Assembly: GCA_025927475.1 (NCBI GenBank) | Contig: JAICLL010000005.1 | Coordinates: 21,219 to 85,218 of the forward strand | Source of the DNA: Pirellulales bacterium | GTDB lineage: Bacteria; Planctomycetota; Planctomycetia; Pirellulales; JAICIG01 | DNA: 64,000 nt | Direction: 5' to 3' | Part shown: positions 7,501 to 15,717 of the stretch, one piece after another | Layout of the letters: every line of letters starts with the position of its first letter | How positions within the stretch are numbered: position 1 is the first letter of the stretch | Translations under genes and position numbers: made by a program | Notes under the pieces: generated by a model | Told to the model about the DNA's origin: nothing | What the model saw: only the letters and a program-made list of their open reading frames with translations | Database searches by the model: none

Positions 7501-8757
7501 TCAGTCGTAAACCACATTCGCCGCGGGCACAGCGTCGCCCGGCTCAATCGGTGAAGGGGTTCTGCCGCGGGTGTTCTTCTCGGCGAACAGGACCGGCGCC
7601 CGAGGCGGCGCAGCGGTTGGATAGGCCACCTTTCGCCATGACCTCATCGCCCCTCCACGCAGCCAGACCCACGGTGCGATCAATGCTGCGCCGTTCAAAA
7701 TCACAAACGATGCTGCCGCCGACGTAAGTCGAAACCGACCGGGCAACGCCAACCCCACCAGGGCCGCCGCATAAAACGCGACCTCTCCCGCGAACAGTGC
7801 TCGATACAGCGGCAACCGCCACAGGCAGCCGCTGCTGATGAACATCACCAACAGCGCCCAGGGTACGACCAGCCGCAACAGCTTGTGCGAGATCACCGCC
7901 ACCCACAGGGGATTGCGCCGCGGGTCGAGCAGCTCGGGCAGGACCGACAAAAGTTGCAGGTTGCCGCTGAGCGTTCGCACCTTGCGGTGGAATTCATCGC
8001 GCGACCGCGGAGGCAGCCGATCGTAGGCTTTCGCGCGGCTGTCGAACACCACGCGGTAGCCTTGCATCGCTACTTGCAAGGGCCAATAGACGTCGTCGAG
8101 CACCAGCCCGCGCGGCATCGGGCGGAACAGCTCTTTCCGCACGGCCGAGATGGCGCCGGTCACGCCCGGCATGGCATGAACCCGACTTTCGCTGCGCCGC
8201 AGCCACTTTTCGTATCGCCAGTAAAGCCCGATGCCCGCAGCCTCGCCTGACGATCGCTCCAGCAGCAATTCGCCGCTGACCGCGCCCACCTCGGCGTCGG
8301 CGAAGTTTTCGATCAGCCGGTTCAAGGCGTCTGGTGACCATCGCTGCCGTGCGTCGGCAAAGACGACGATGTCGTGCCGCGCCATCTCGACGCCCAGATT
8401 CAAGGCGGCGGCTTTGCCCATCTTTTCGCCCAGGTCGAGCACGCGCACCGAAGCTGCCGTGCTGGCAGTGGCCGCGACGGCGGTAGTACGATCGGTCGAG
8501 CCATCGGAAACCACGATGACCTCGCCGTCAGCCCCGCCACGGGCGATCATCTCCGCCAGTTCGACCACGCGCCGTTCGATTTGGTGCTCTTCATTGTGGG
8601 CCGCCACAATGATGGAAACCGGCGCGCGATGCCCCTCGGCCGCGCGCGCCGGCCGCGCCCGCCACCGCGACCTGGCCGCCATCATCAGCGGATACAGCAG
8701 GTAGGTGTAGACGGCGGATACCGCGCCAATGCCAAAAATAATCTCAAACCACATCAT
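7501..8757 (-). CDS. family 2 glycosyltransferase with flanking TM segments
   Basis: VSIIVAAHNEE..VIVVSDGSTDRT GT-A signature, with an N-terminal TM and C-terminal multi-TM region. Confidence 0.88.
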   Translation of the reverse strand: MMWFEIIFGIGAVSAVYTYLLYPLMMAARSRWRARPARAAEGHRAPVSIIVAAHNEEHQIERRVVELAEMIARGGADGEVIVVSDGSTDRTTAVAATASTAASVRVLDLGEKMGKAAALNLGVEMARHDIVVFADARQRWSPDALNRLIENFADAEVGAVSGELLLERSSGEAAGIGLYWRYEKWLRRSESRVHAMPGVTGAISAVRKELFRPMPRGLVLDDVYWPLQVAMQGYRVVFDSRAKAYDRLPPRSRDEFHRKVRTLSGNLQLLSVLPELLDPRRNPLWVAVISHKLLRLVVPWALLVMFISSGCLWRLPLYRALFAGEVAFYAAALVGLALPGRFRLTSAAASFVILNGAALIAPWVWLRGGAMRSWRKVAYPTAAPPRAPVLFAEKNTRGRTPSPIEPGDAVPAANVVYD

Positions 8758-8763
8758 GGATAA

Positions 8764-9846
8764 TCAATGTTCTTTCGCCGTCAAGATGTCGAGGACTCGT
8801 GCGGCAGCACTGCCGTCCCAAAATTGAGGCACGCGACCAACCGCTGGTTCCCCAGCAATCGCCGCCAAGCCAGCTTCGATGATCCGCTCTGGATTCATGC
8901 CCACTAAACAGTTTGTCCCCTCGCTGACCGTCGAGGGCCGCTCGGTGTTCGCCCGCAACGTCAGGCAGGGCACGCCCAGCACCGTGGTCTCCTCTTGAAT
9001 TCCGCCCGAATCGGTCAGCACTAGCCGCGCGTGAGCCAGCAGCTTCATAAAATCGAGATAGCCCAGCGGGTCGGTTAGCCGCAGATGGGGCATTTGGGCC
9101 AAATTCCACCCGGCCAGTGCCTGGCGCGTGCGCGGGTGTACTGGAAAGACAATCGGCAGCTCGCTTTGCAGCCGGCCGACCGCGCGGGCCAGGGCTTGAA
9201 ACACCGCCGAATCGTCGACATTCGACGGCCGGTGCAGCGTGAGTACGCCGTAAGGCTGGCCTTCCAGTTCAAGCTGCCGCAACACATCGGAATGTTCGCT
9301 CCGCTCGCGGCATGCCAACAAGGTGTCGATCATCAGGTTGCCCACAAAGAACATCCGCTCTTCGGCCACGCCTTCGCGGCGTAAATTCTCCAAGCCGCTT
9401 GGCTCCGAGACAAACAGCCAGCGGCTGATGGCGTCGGTGAGGATGCGGTTAATCTCCTCGGGCATGGCGCGATCGAAGCTGCGCAAGCCCGCTTCGATAT
9501 GTGCGACTGGCACGCCCAGTTTGACGGCGGTCAGCGCGCAGGCGATGGTCGAATTCACATCGCCCACCACCACCACGGCGTCGGGCCGCTCGTCCAGCAG
9601 CACCGGTTCAAAGCGCTTCATCACTTCGGCGGTCTGCACGGCGTGCGAGCCTGAGCCGACTTCCAAATTGGCGTCGGGCCGCGGAATGCGCAGCTCGTCA
9701 AAGAAGAGCTGCGACATTTGCTGGTCGTAGTGTTGGCCGGTATGGACCAAAAGCGCCTCGACGCCTGAGCGCCGCTCGATCTCCCACATCAGCGGGGCGA
9801 TCTTCATAAAGTTCGGTCGGGCGCCGACCACGGCGAGAAGTTTCAT
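8764..9846 (-). CDS. wecB: UDP-N-acetylglucosamine 2-epimerase (non-hydrolysing)
   Basis: MKLLAVVGARPNFMKIAPL..HTGQHYD..GDVNSTIACALTAVKLGVPVAHIEAGLRSFDRAMPEEINR is the classical WecB signature. Confidence 0.93.
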   Translation of the reverse strand: MKLLAVVGARPNFMKIAPLMWEIERRSGVEALLVHTGQHYDQQMSQLFFDELRIPRPDANLEVGSGSHAVQTAEVMKRFEPVLLDERPDAVVVVGDVNSTIACALTAVKLGVPVAHIEAGLRSFDRAMPEEINRILTDAISRWLFVSEPSGLENLRREGVAEERMFFVGNLMIDTLLACRERSEHSDVLRQLELEGQPYGVLTLHRPSNVDDSAVFQALARAVGRLQSELPIVFPVHPRTRQALAGWNLAQMPHLRLTDPLGYLDFMKLLAHARLVLTDSGGIQEETTVLGVPCLTLRANTERPSTVSEGTNCLVGMNPERIIEAGLAAIAGEPAVGRVPQFWDGSAAARVLDILTAKEH

Positions 9847-10010
9847 GGGCAGGATTCAGGATTCGGGATTCGGGGAAGAAGGCAATTGCCTTCATTTTCA
9901 GCATTCATCTTTTTGCCCCACATTTTTTTGTCTATCTCTTCGTGTTCTTGGTGTTCTTTGTGGTTCAACTCAATTCCCTGGCCCCCGGCCTCTGACCTCC
10001 GATCCCTCTC
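9847..10010. repeat. composite repeat block (GATTCGGG-type, CTTTTTGCCCC..CTTTGTGGTTCAA-type and GGTCAGAGG-type units)
   Basis: 9851-9883 AGGATTCAGGATTCGGGATTCGGGGAAGAAGG recurs at 27319-27347. 9890-9969 is about 80% identical to 11380-11462. 9975-10010 is related to 11521-11560 and encodes the C-terminal tail of the adjacent GT. Confidence 0.8.
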
Positions 10011-11184
10011 TTATCACTTCCAGCAAATGTCTCTCAACTTCCGCCAGCTTGGCATCCCAGCTTTCATGGCGGATGGCGTCGCTGCGCTCGTACGAGGGGC
10101 CTGGGTCGGCCAGCGCCTCGCAAATCTCCTGTTGGAAAGCATCGACCCCGGCGGCGATGCGGCATTGCCCCAGCACCTCGACCTCGGGTATCGGCGTCGA
10201 GATCACCGGCAAGCCCGCCGCCAAATACTCGCGCACCTTGAGCGGGTTGGCGTTCAGCGTCAGCTCGTTAATGCGAAACGGCATCAACGCCACATCAAAC
10301 CCCTTGCAGTAGGCCGGCAACTCTTCATACGGCTTGCGGCCGAGCAAATGCACGTTCGGCAAGGCCGCCAGCTCCGAGACATCGGTCGTCACCTTGCCCA
10401 GCACCACCAGCGACCCGTGCGGAAACCGCCGGGCCATCTCGGCCATCAATTCGACATCGACCCAGTCGGCCACCAGCCCGAAAAAACCGATTACCGGTTT
10501 CGGCAGTCGGGCCAGCTTTTCGGGCACGCGCGTCTCGGGCAATAGCGCCTTACGAAAATGATCGAAATCGACCCCGTGCCGCACCAGATGCGTCCGCGGG
10601 TTGAACGGACTTTTGCTCTGATAGAGCCGGTCAGCCGAGACCACCACCAGGTCCGCCCGATCGAGCAACTGCCGCTCCAACTCGGCCAGGGCCGTCGCCG
10701 TCACCCCGGTGAACTCGGTGTACTCATCGACGCAGTAATACACGACGGCCTCTTCGCCAAGCTGCCCGGCGATGACGGCCGCGGCGGGATTGAACACCCA
10801 ATTCAGCGGGCGGCGAAAACGCAGCCGCCGCATGGCTCGCCGCACCTGGTGCGTCAGAAACCGCCGGTTGAACGCGCGCACCGCCCGGCTGCCGTAGGCG
10901 GGCACGGCCAGCGGATTGAGCACAAAGATATTCGGCTCCGGCTCGCGAATGGGCGACATGGCCGCCGACAGCTTTTTCAGCGCGCGTCCCAGATCGGCCT
11001 TCGACACCGTCGGCGTGCGGTTGCCGATCGAGTTGACCCACAGCACGCGGTTGTGTCGCGCCAAGAGCCTCATCAGGTGCGTCTTCGACAGCGGATCTCC
11101 GCTCCAGTCGTGGCTGAAGCATAGGATGTCGCGCCCGTGCAGTCGCTTTGCGTCCGCGGCGGTGAGTGGTTCTTCAACGAGCAT
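9970..11184 (-). CDS. glycosyltransferase (GT1/GT4 clan, TuaH-like N-terminus)
   Basis: ILCFSHDWSGDPLSKTHLMRLLAR..VLWVNSIG, similar to 50125..51333. The C-terminal GT-B half carries an E-x7-E-like region. The last ~10 codons (SEVRGRGPGN) are encoded by a repeat unit. Confidence 0.8.
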   Translation of the reverse strand: MLVEEPLTAADAKRLHGRDILCFSHDWSGDPLSKTHLMRLLARHNRVLWVNSIGNRTPTVSKADLGRALKKLSAAMSPIREPEPNIFVLNPLAVPAYGSRAVRAFNRRFLTHQVRRAMRRLRFRRPLNWVFNPAAAVIAGQLGEEAVVYYCVDEYTEFTGVTATALAELERQLLDRADLVVVSADRLYQSKSPFNPRTHLVRHGVDFDHFRKALLPETRVPEKLARLPKPVIGFFGLVADWVDVELMAEMARRFPHGSLVVLGKVTTDVSELAALPNVHLLGRKPYEELPAYCKGFDVALMPFRINELTLNANPLKVREYLAAGLPVISTPIPEVEVLGQCRIAAGVDAFQQEICEALADPGPSYERSDAIRHESWDAKLAEVERHLLEVIREGSEVRGRGPGN

Positions 11185-11565
11185 GGAGGGACTGGGGACT
11201 GGGGAACAGGAAGGGGACGGGATTCAGGGGGCGGGCGTCAGGAACGAAGCAGGATTCGGGATTCTGTAGGGAACGCCCTCTGTGGCGTTCCGCGTTCTAC
11301 GGGTTTCGTCCGCGAACAGCTTGGTCGGGGGCGGGGGAACCACAAAGGTCACGAAGAGCACGAAGAAAACGTTACTTGTTCGCGCTCATTTTTTGCTCAC
11401 ATCTTTTTGCCCCTCAATCTTTTTGCCTATCTCTTTTTGTTCTTTGTGCTCTTTGTGGTTCAATTCCCGTTTCCGGCCACGAGGGCCGGCGCTATCGATC
11501 CGGCCACAAGGGCCGGGGCTACACATCCCCCCTGACCCCCGACCTCTGAACCCCGCCCCCCTGCT
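11185..11565. repeat. composite repeat block filling a whole intergenic spacer and running into the 3' end of the next gene
   Basis: It contains GGGGAACAGGAAGGGGACGGGATTCAGGG, AGGATTCGGGATTC, CTGTAGGGAACGCCCTCTGTGGCGTTCC (11264-11293), the inverted pair GAACCACAAAGG..(11337-11372) / ..CTTTGTGGTTC (11436-11462), two CCGGCCAC(A/G)AGGGCCGG hairpins (11473-11516), and CCCCTGACCCCCGACCTCTGAACCCC. Confidence 0.8.
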
Positions 11566-12818
11566 TCGCACGCCGCGGCCAGTACTTCGGCCAGTTGCTC
11601 CGCAGATTCTCGCCAAGTGCGAATGCAACGCTGTACCAACTCGGTGTGGACGCGCGGCGGTGCGGCCAGCACTTCCGCCAGCGCCGCGGCCAGTGCCGGC
11701 GCATTGCCCGGTTCGACCAGCCGGCTGTAGGAAGGATCCGCGATCTCGGGAATGCCGCCGACGCGCGTGGCGACAAACGGCCGAGCGCAGGCAAGCGCCT
11801 CGTAGAGCACATTGGGGATTCCCTCGGAAAAGCTGGGTAAGGTCACCACGTCGCAGGCCCGGTACCAATCGGGCAGTTCCGCATGCCCGCGCGGCCCGAC
11901 CAGCTTTACGCAATCGCCCAACCCATATTTGGCGATCAGCGACCGCACTTTGCCTTCGTCGCTCCCGCCGCCAACCACGTAGCACTCTGTAGGGAACGGA
12001 CTCCGTGCCGTTCCGCCCTCGTTCGTATTCCGGCCCGCGCTGGCCTCCGGCCCCGCGGAACGCCACGGAGTGCGTTCCCTACAGACGATGCCGCGGTCTC
12101 GCAGTATCCGGCAGGCTTCGACCAGCACGCCGGTCCCCTTGCTCAGCAATACGTTGCCGACGAATAAAATGATTCGCTGCTCCGGCGGCAGACCGAGCCG
12201 CCGCCGAGCGTCTTGCTGCTCGCCGGGGCTGAAGATGTCGCGATCGATCCCTCCTAAGACAACGTCGATCCGACGCCGGTCGACTCCCAGCCGTTCGACG
12301 TGCGCGGCCAGATCGCGGCTTACGGCCACGACGCGATCGGCGCAGCTCAGCGCCTCGCCAATGTACATGCGGCGGCGCATGTCCCGCGTCGCCACGAGCA
12401 CGTCAGAACCAACGACTTTGATCACCACCGGTAGACCGGCCTGACGGGCCAGCCTGAGTGCGGCCCAGCCGTCGGGATGAGCCCAACAGGCTAAGAGCAC
12501 GTCGGGCTGAAACTGGGCGAGAGCCTGCTGCACGCACTTGCGAATGCTGTGGTAAAAAAAGTGGCCCGCGCGCGGCCGCATCATGCGCGGCGGATAGTAA
12601 AACAGGGGATGCTCGACCTCCACGCCGTCGGAATTCGTATAACGGCCGGGAGCGGGGCGACGCTGCCATTGGTCCTTAAGCGCTTGATGCCAGGGCACTG
12701 GTGCGATGACGCGAACCGCGTGGGCCTGCGCTAGCGCTCCGAATTGCTGCCGATTGAACGGAGCAATCAAGTCGTGTCCCGGCCGCGGATACAGATTGGT
12801 GATGGAGAGAATGCGCAT
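11460..12818 (-). CDS. family 4 glycosyltransferase carrying an in-frame ~33-codon palindromic-element insertion
   Basis: GT-B/GT4 features (MRILSITNLYP.., EGIPNVLYEALACARPFVATRVGGIPEI). The segment CRERTPWRSAGPEASAGRNTNEGGTARSPFPTE is encoded by the inverted repeat at 11987-12084. The C-terminal tail is also repeat-encoded. Confidence 0.85.
   Translation of the reverse strand: MRILSITNLYPRPGHDLIAPFNRQQFGALAQAHAVRVIAPVPWHQALKDQWQRRPAPGRYTNSDGVEVEHPLFYYPPRMMRPRAGHFFYHSIRKCVQQALAQFQPDVLLACWAHPDGWAALRLARQAGLPVVIKVVGSDVLVATRDMRRRMYIGEALSCADRVVAVSRDLAAHVERLGVDRRRIDVVLGGIDRDIFSPGEQQDARRRLGLPPEQRIILFVGNVLLSKGTGVLVEACRILRDRGIVCRERTPWRSAGPEASAGRNTNEGGTARSPFPTECYVVGGGSDEGKVRSLIAKYGLGDCVKLVGPRGHAELPDWYRACDVVTLPSFSEGIPNVLYEALACARPFVATRVGGIPEIADPSYSRLVEPGNAPALAAALAEVLAAPPRVHTELVQRCIRTWRESAEQLAEVLAAACEAGGRGSEVGGQGGCVAPALVAGSIAPALVAGNGN
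11987..12084. repeat. 98-bp palindromic element (two inverted CTGTAGGGAACG..CGTTCC units) inside a coding gene
   Basis: CTGTAGGGAACGGACTCCGTGCCGTTCC at 11987-12014 and its inverted partner GGAACGCCACGGAGTGCGTTCCCTACAG at 12057-12084. The same unit occurs at 14132-14160 and 11264-11293. Confidence 0.85.
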
Positions 12819-12837
12819 CCGTTTTGTCCGCTCTTCT

Positions 12838-14181
12838 CTAGGCGCGCACCAGTGCCGGCTGTCGACAGGCGGAACGTAAACTACAGTAGACCCGTTCGTA
12901 CTCCGCGGCCATCCGCGTCAAACTAAGGTCGCGCTGCACGCGGGACAGTCCGGCCTCCGCCAACCGAATGCGCAACGGCGGGTCGGCGCACAACGTCTCC
13001 AAGATCTCCGCCAACTGGGCATCGTCTCCGCTGGCAAACAGCTTTCCGGTGACACCATCTTCGATTAACTCAGGCACGCCGCCCACGGCCGAACCAACGA
13101 CGGGCAGGCCTGCCGCCCAGGCCTCCAAGATGGAAAGCGGCATTCCTTCGGAGCGGCTGGTGAGCGCGAAAACATCCATTCGCTGCAGGTACACTTCAGG
13201 CGCCGCTTGGTAACCGGCAAAGTGGGTCCGCTCGCGGATTCCTAACGCGTCGGCCAATCGCTCCAATTCGCCGCGCATCGGCCCATCACCGACCAGCAGC
13301 AGCCGCGCCTCCGGCCTGTTCGCCGCCAATCGGGCGAACGCTCGTAGCAGCACGTCTTGGCGTTTAATTTCGTTCAATCGACCAATCGTGCCAATGGTGA
13401 GACTAGGGGCTGGCGGCTGGAAGGCGAAAGAGTGGGGACGCGACAAGGCGACATCGCCTCCCTGAAGCCCGAATCCCGAATCCAGGATCCTTTCCGCTGC
13501 CTGTTCCCCGTCCCCTGTCCGCTGTCGCCTAAACCTTTCCACATCGATCCCATTGGGCACCACCACCAGCTTGGCGGCCGGAACGACCTTCATCGCACGT
13601 ACGGCCTCGCAAATGTCGTTTGACACGCAGCAGAATCGCTGGGCATAACGGCCCGCCAACCGCCCCATCCACCGCGTGCGCCGCCGCGCGTAATGCTTGC
13701 CGTGCTCGGTGTGAATGACCGCTCGGATGCCGGCCCGCCGCGCAGCCGGACCCGCGTAGAGCAGCGCGCCGATTTGATGGGTATGCACCACGTCTGTTTT
13801 CAATTCGCCAAAGATCCGCACCAACGGGGCGATGATGCCGGGGCGCAGGCCAGGCAGCTTACTGACGCACCGGACCTCGGCCCCGGCCGCACGGGCGTCG
13901 TCGGCCAACGCGCCCGGCCGCTCCAGGCAAACCACCGCGGTCCGTTGCCCGAGCCGGGCCCCCTGGCGCGCCAGGTCGATCACCAGCCGTTCCAGCCCTC
14001 CCACGTCAAGCGAAAGCACGACGTGCGCCACGCCAAGAGGCCTGGTTTCAATGGGCGCGGTCAAAGCAACCTCGGATTGGTGTTGATAATTGGTTTTGGC
14101 AATCAATATCGGTGGGTCATACACTCGACGTCTGTAGGGAACGGACTCCGTGCCGTTCCGTGACCTGTCAATTGGCCTCAT
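12838..14181 (-). CDS. family 4 glycosyltransferase with in-frame repeat-derived insertion
   Basis: VAHVVLSLDVGGLERLV.. N-terminus and SEGMPLSILEAWAAGLPVVGSAVGGVPELI E-x7-E region. The first ~40 codons of the ORF are repeat-derived, so the real start may be TTG 14064 or GTG 14031. Confidence 0.85.
   Translation of the reverse strand: MRPIDRSRNGTESVPYRRRVYDPPILIAKTNYQHQSEVALTAPIETRPLGVAHVVLSLDVGGLERLVIDLARQGARLGQRTAVVCLERPGALADDARAAGAEVRCVSKLPGLRPGIIAPLVRIFGELKTDVVHTHQIGALLYAGPAARRAGIRAVIHTEHGKHYARRRTRWMGRLAGRYAQRFCCVSNDICEAVRAMKVVPAAKLVVVPNGIDVERFRRQRTGDGEQAAERILDSGFGLQGGDVALSRPHSFAFQPPAPSLTIGTIGRLNEIKRQDVLLRAFARLAANRPEARLLLVGDGPMRGELERLADALGIRERTHFAGYQAAPEVYLQRMDVFALTSRSEGMPLSILEAWAAGLPVVGSAVGGVPELIEDGVTGKLFASGDDAQLAEILETLCADPPLRIRLAEAGLSRVQRDLSLTRMAAEYERVYCSLRSACRQPALVRA
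13400..13530. repeat. repeat-derived segment inside GT4 gene (GATTCGGG-type and GGGGACGGGGAACAG-type units, reversed)
   Basis: 13467-13490 GCCCGAATCCCGAATCCAGGATCC and 13501-13520 CTGTTCCCCGTCCCCTGTCC are reverse complements of units seen at 11190-11265. They are translated as ILDSGFGLQG.. between conserved GT4 blocks. Confidence 0.65.
14132..14160. repeat. single CTGTAGGGAACGGACTCCGTGCCGTTCCG unit
   Basis: Its first 28 nt (14132-14159) are identical to the 11987-12014 arm; the next base differs (G at 14160, C at 12015). Confidence 0.85.
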
Positions 14182-14498
14182 CCTGCCGTGGCGGCCCGCC
14201 CCCCTCGCCGACTTGCCCGGCAGGAGCGCAAGTTTGACAGGCTAAAAACGATCTCAGCGAACTGCTGTCCACTTGCCGTCTATCGCGTGCCGGCAGAGGA
14301 AAGACGGCGGACAGAACGGTGGGCAGGGCGCCACTTAGCCATCCAAACTCGTTCACCTGCCAGACCAAGCTGGCAGGGGGCGTGGCCGTTCCCGGCATTT
14401 GTGTAGAGCAACGAGCGGGCAAGCCCCCGTCGTGGCGGAACGAAAGCAGAATGTACGATCCGTTTGGGCGGCGCACCCATTTCAATACCCGCAACCGC

Positions 14499-15617
14499 TC
14501 AAATCCCATTGGCCGCCGTCGGTTCCAGCACCGCCAGCACGGGCCGATGGTCGGAGCCGACGTGCGGCCCCACCCAAGCGCGCTCGACGCGAAAACCTGC
14601 TCCTGCCAAAATATGGTCGATCCGAATGCCGTACCAGTTGCCCGATGTCGTGTAGCCATACGTATATCCATAGCCCCAGCCGGCCGCGGCAAAGGCGTCG
14701 GAAAATGCTGACCAGTCGCGGCGAAAAATCGAGCTCTCGTGGGGCAAGTTCATATCGCCCGCCACAATCACCGAGCCTTCCAGCACGTCGACCCAGCGGC
14801 GCAGCTCGGCCGATTCTCGATCACGTCGCGCGCGGTTGGCCCGCATGCCCTCGATGCCCGCCAAACGGCGGTCCTTGATGGCCTCGAGCCCCTTGCGCGG
14901 CGTATAAAGGTGGACGGCAACAAAGTCGATCGGCCCGGAGGGCGTCTCCATCCGGTAGTCGATGGCCACCGTCCTCCACGAAGCCGCTTTGCTGCCAGTA
15001 AACAGCTTGCGACGGACGATCGGAAATTGGGTGGCCACCAAAATGCCTGGCGTCACTTCGATCTGCCAATTCGGCCCCAATAGTTGCCGCATGCCCTCTT
15101 CGTCGAATTTCTCTTGGAGCGTAATGATGTCGGGCCGCTCGTCGGCGATCAAAGTCGCCAGCGCGCCCGGCGCGAGCGGCGCCAGCCCGACGTTGCAGGT
15201 GAGCACGCGCACCGGAGGATAGCCGCCTGCGTCGTCGCTTGCGACCGCGCTGGCTATCCGCTGCCAGGGGACGCAGAAGCCCATCAGCGGCCAAGCCACC
15301 CACAGCGCCGACAGGGCCACCAGCCAAGTCAACCTTCGCCGCCAAAGGAGAACCACGGGCAAGATCACCGCCAGCGGCAGCGGCCAAACCCAGCGAGGCG
15401 CGAACAGCAACACCGTGGTCCACCACCAGCGGTCGCCGCCGACGCGCAAGGCCAGCCAGGCGGTAATGACTCCCGCCGCATACGCCCAAGCGAGCCACCC
15501 CGCCAGGCGCCAGACCACGCCACGCCGCGTCGCGGCCCCGGCGGGCGCTGCCGCACGATTCATACGCTCGCCTTTGGCGGAATCAGGCCGCGCGGTCACT
15601 CTCCTTTTTTGGTCCAT
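14499..15617 (-). CDS. endonuclease/exonuclease/phosphatase (EEP) family protein with N-terminal TM segments
   Basis: RVLTCNVG..DIITLQE..GDMNL..GSDHRPVLAVLE are the EEP catalytic motifs; the N-terminus has about 3 hydrophobic helices. Confidence 0.8.
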   Translation of the reverse strand: MDQKRRVTARPDSAKGERMNRAAAPAGAATRRGVVWRLAGWLAWAYAAGVITAWLALRVGGDRWWWTTVLLFAPRWVWPLPLAVILPVVLLWRRRLTWLVALSALWVAWPLMGFCVPWQRIASAVASDDAGGYPPVRVLTCNVGLAPLAPGALATLIADERPDIITLQEKFDEEGMRQLLGPNWQIEVTPGILVATQFPIVRRKLFTGSKAASWRTVAIDYRMETPSGPIDFVAVHLYTPRKGLEAIKDRRLAGIEGMRANRARRDRESAELRRWVDVLEGSVIVAGDMNLPHESSIFRRDWSAFSDAFAAAGWGYGYTYGYTTSGNWYGIRIDHILAGAGFRVERAWVGPHVGSDHRPVLAVLEPTAANGI

Positions 15618-15717
15618 TCCGTTTACGATTTCAAAGCTCCGATAATGAGTCCATCATGGCGGTGAATCGCTAGGTGCGTTCGAAACGACCAAGCGCGAGC
15701 GTAGCTGCGCGTAGTTC

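Noticed and set aside
9847-11565. Possible CRISPR array, because of many short repeats
   Set aside because: The repeats are heterogeneous in sequence, length and orientation, show no regular repeat-spacer periodicity, and no cas genes are present in the window.
11282-12066. 236-aa and 226-aa ORFs spanning the repeat block at 11185-11565
   Set aside because: They are made of translated repeat units (e.g. NHKEHKEQKE, VAPALVAG) and overlap the well-supported GT4 gene.
14168-14692. 174-aa minus-strand ORF in and beyond the 14182-14498 spacer
   Set aside because: It overlaps the 3' end of the EEP gene out of frame and has no recognisable features. The spacer itself has several hairpins (e.g. CCTGCCAG-N6-CTGGCAGG near 14355-14376), but I could not support a specific RNA or promoter call.
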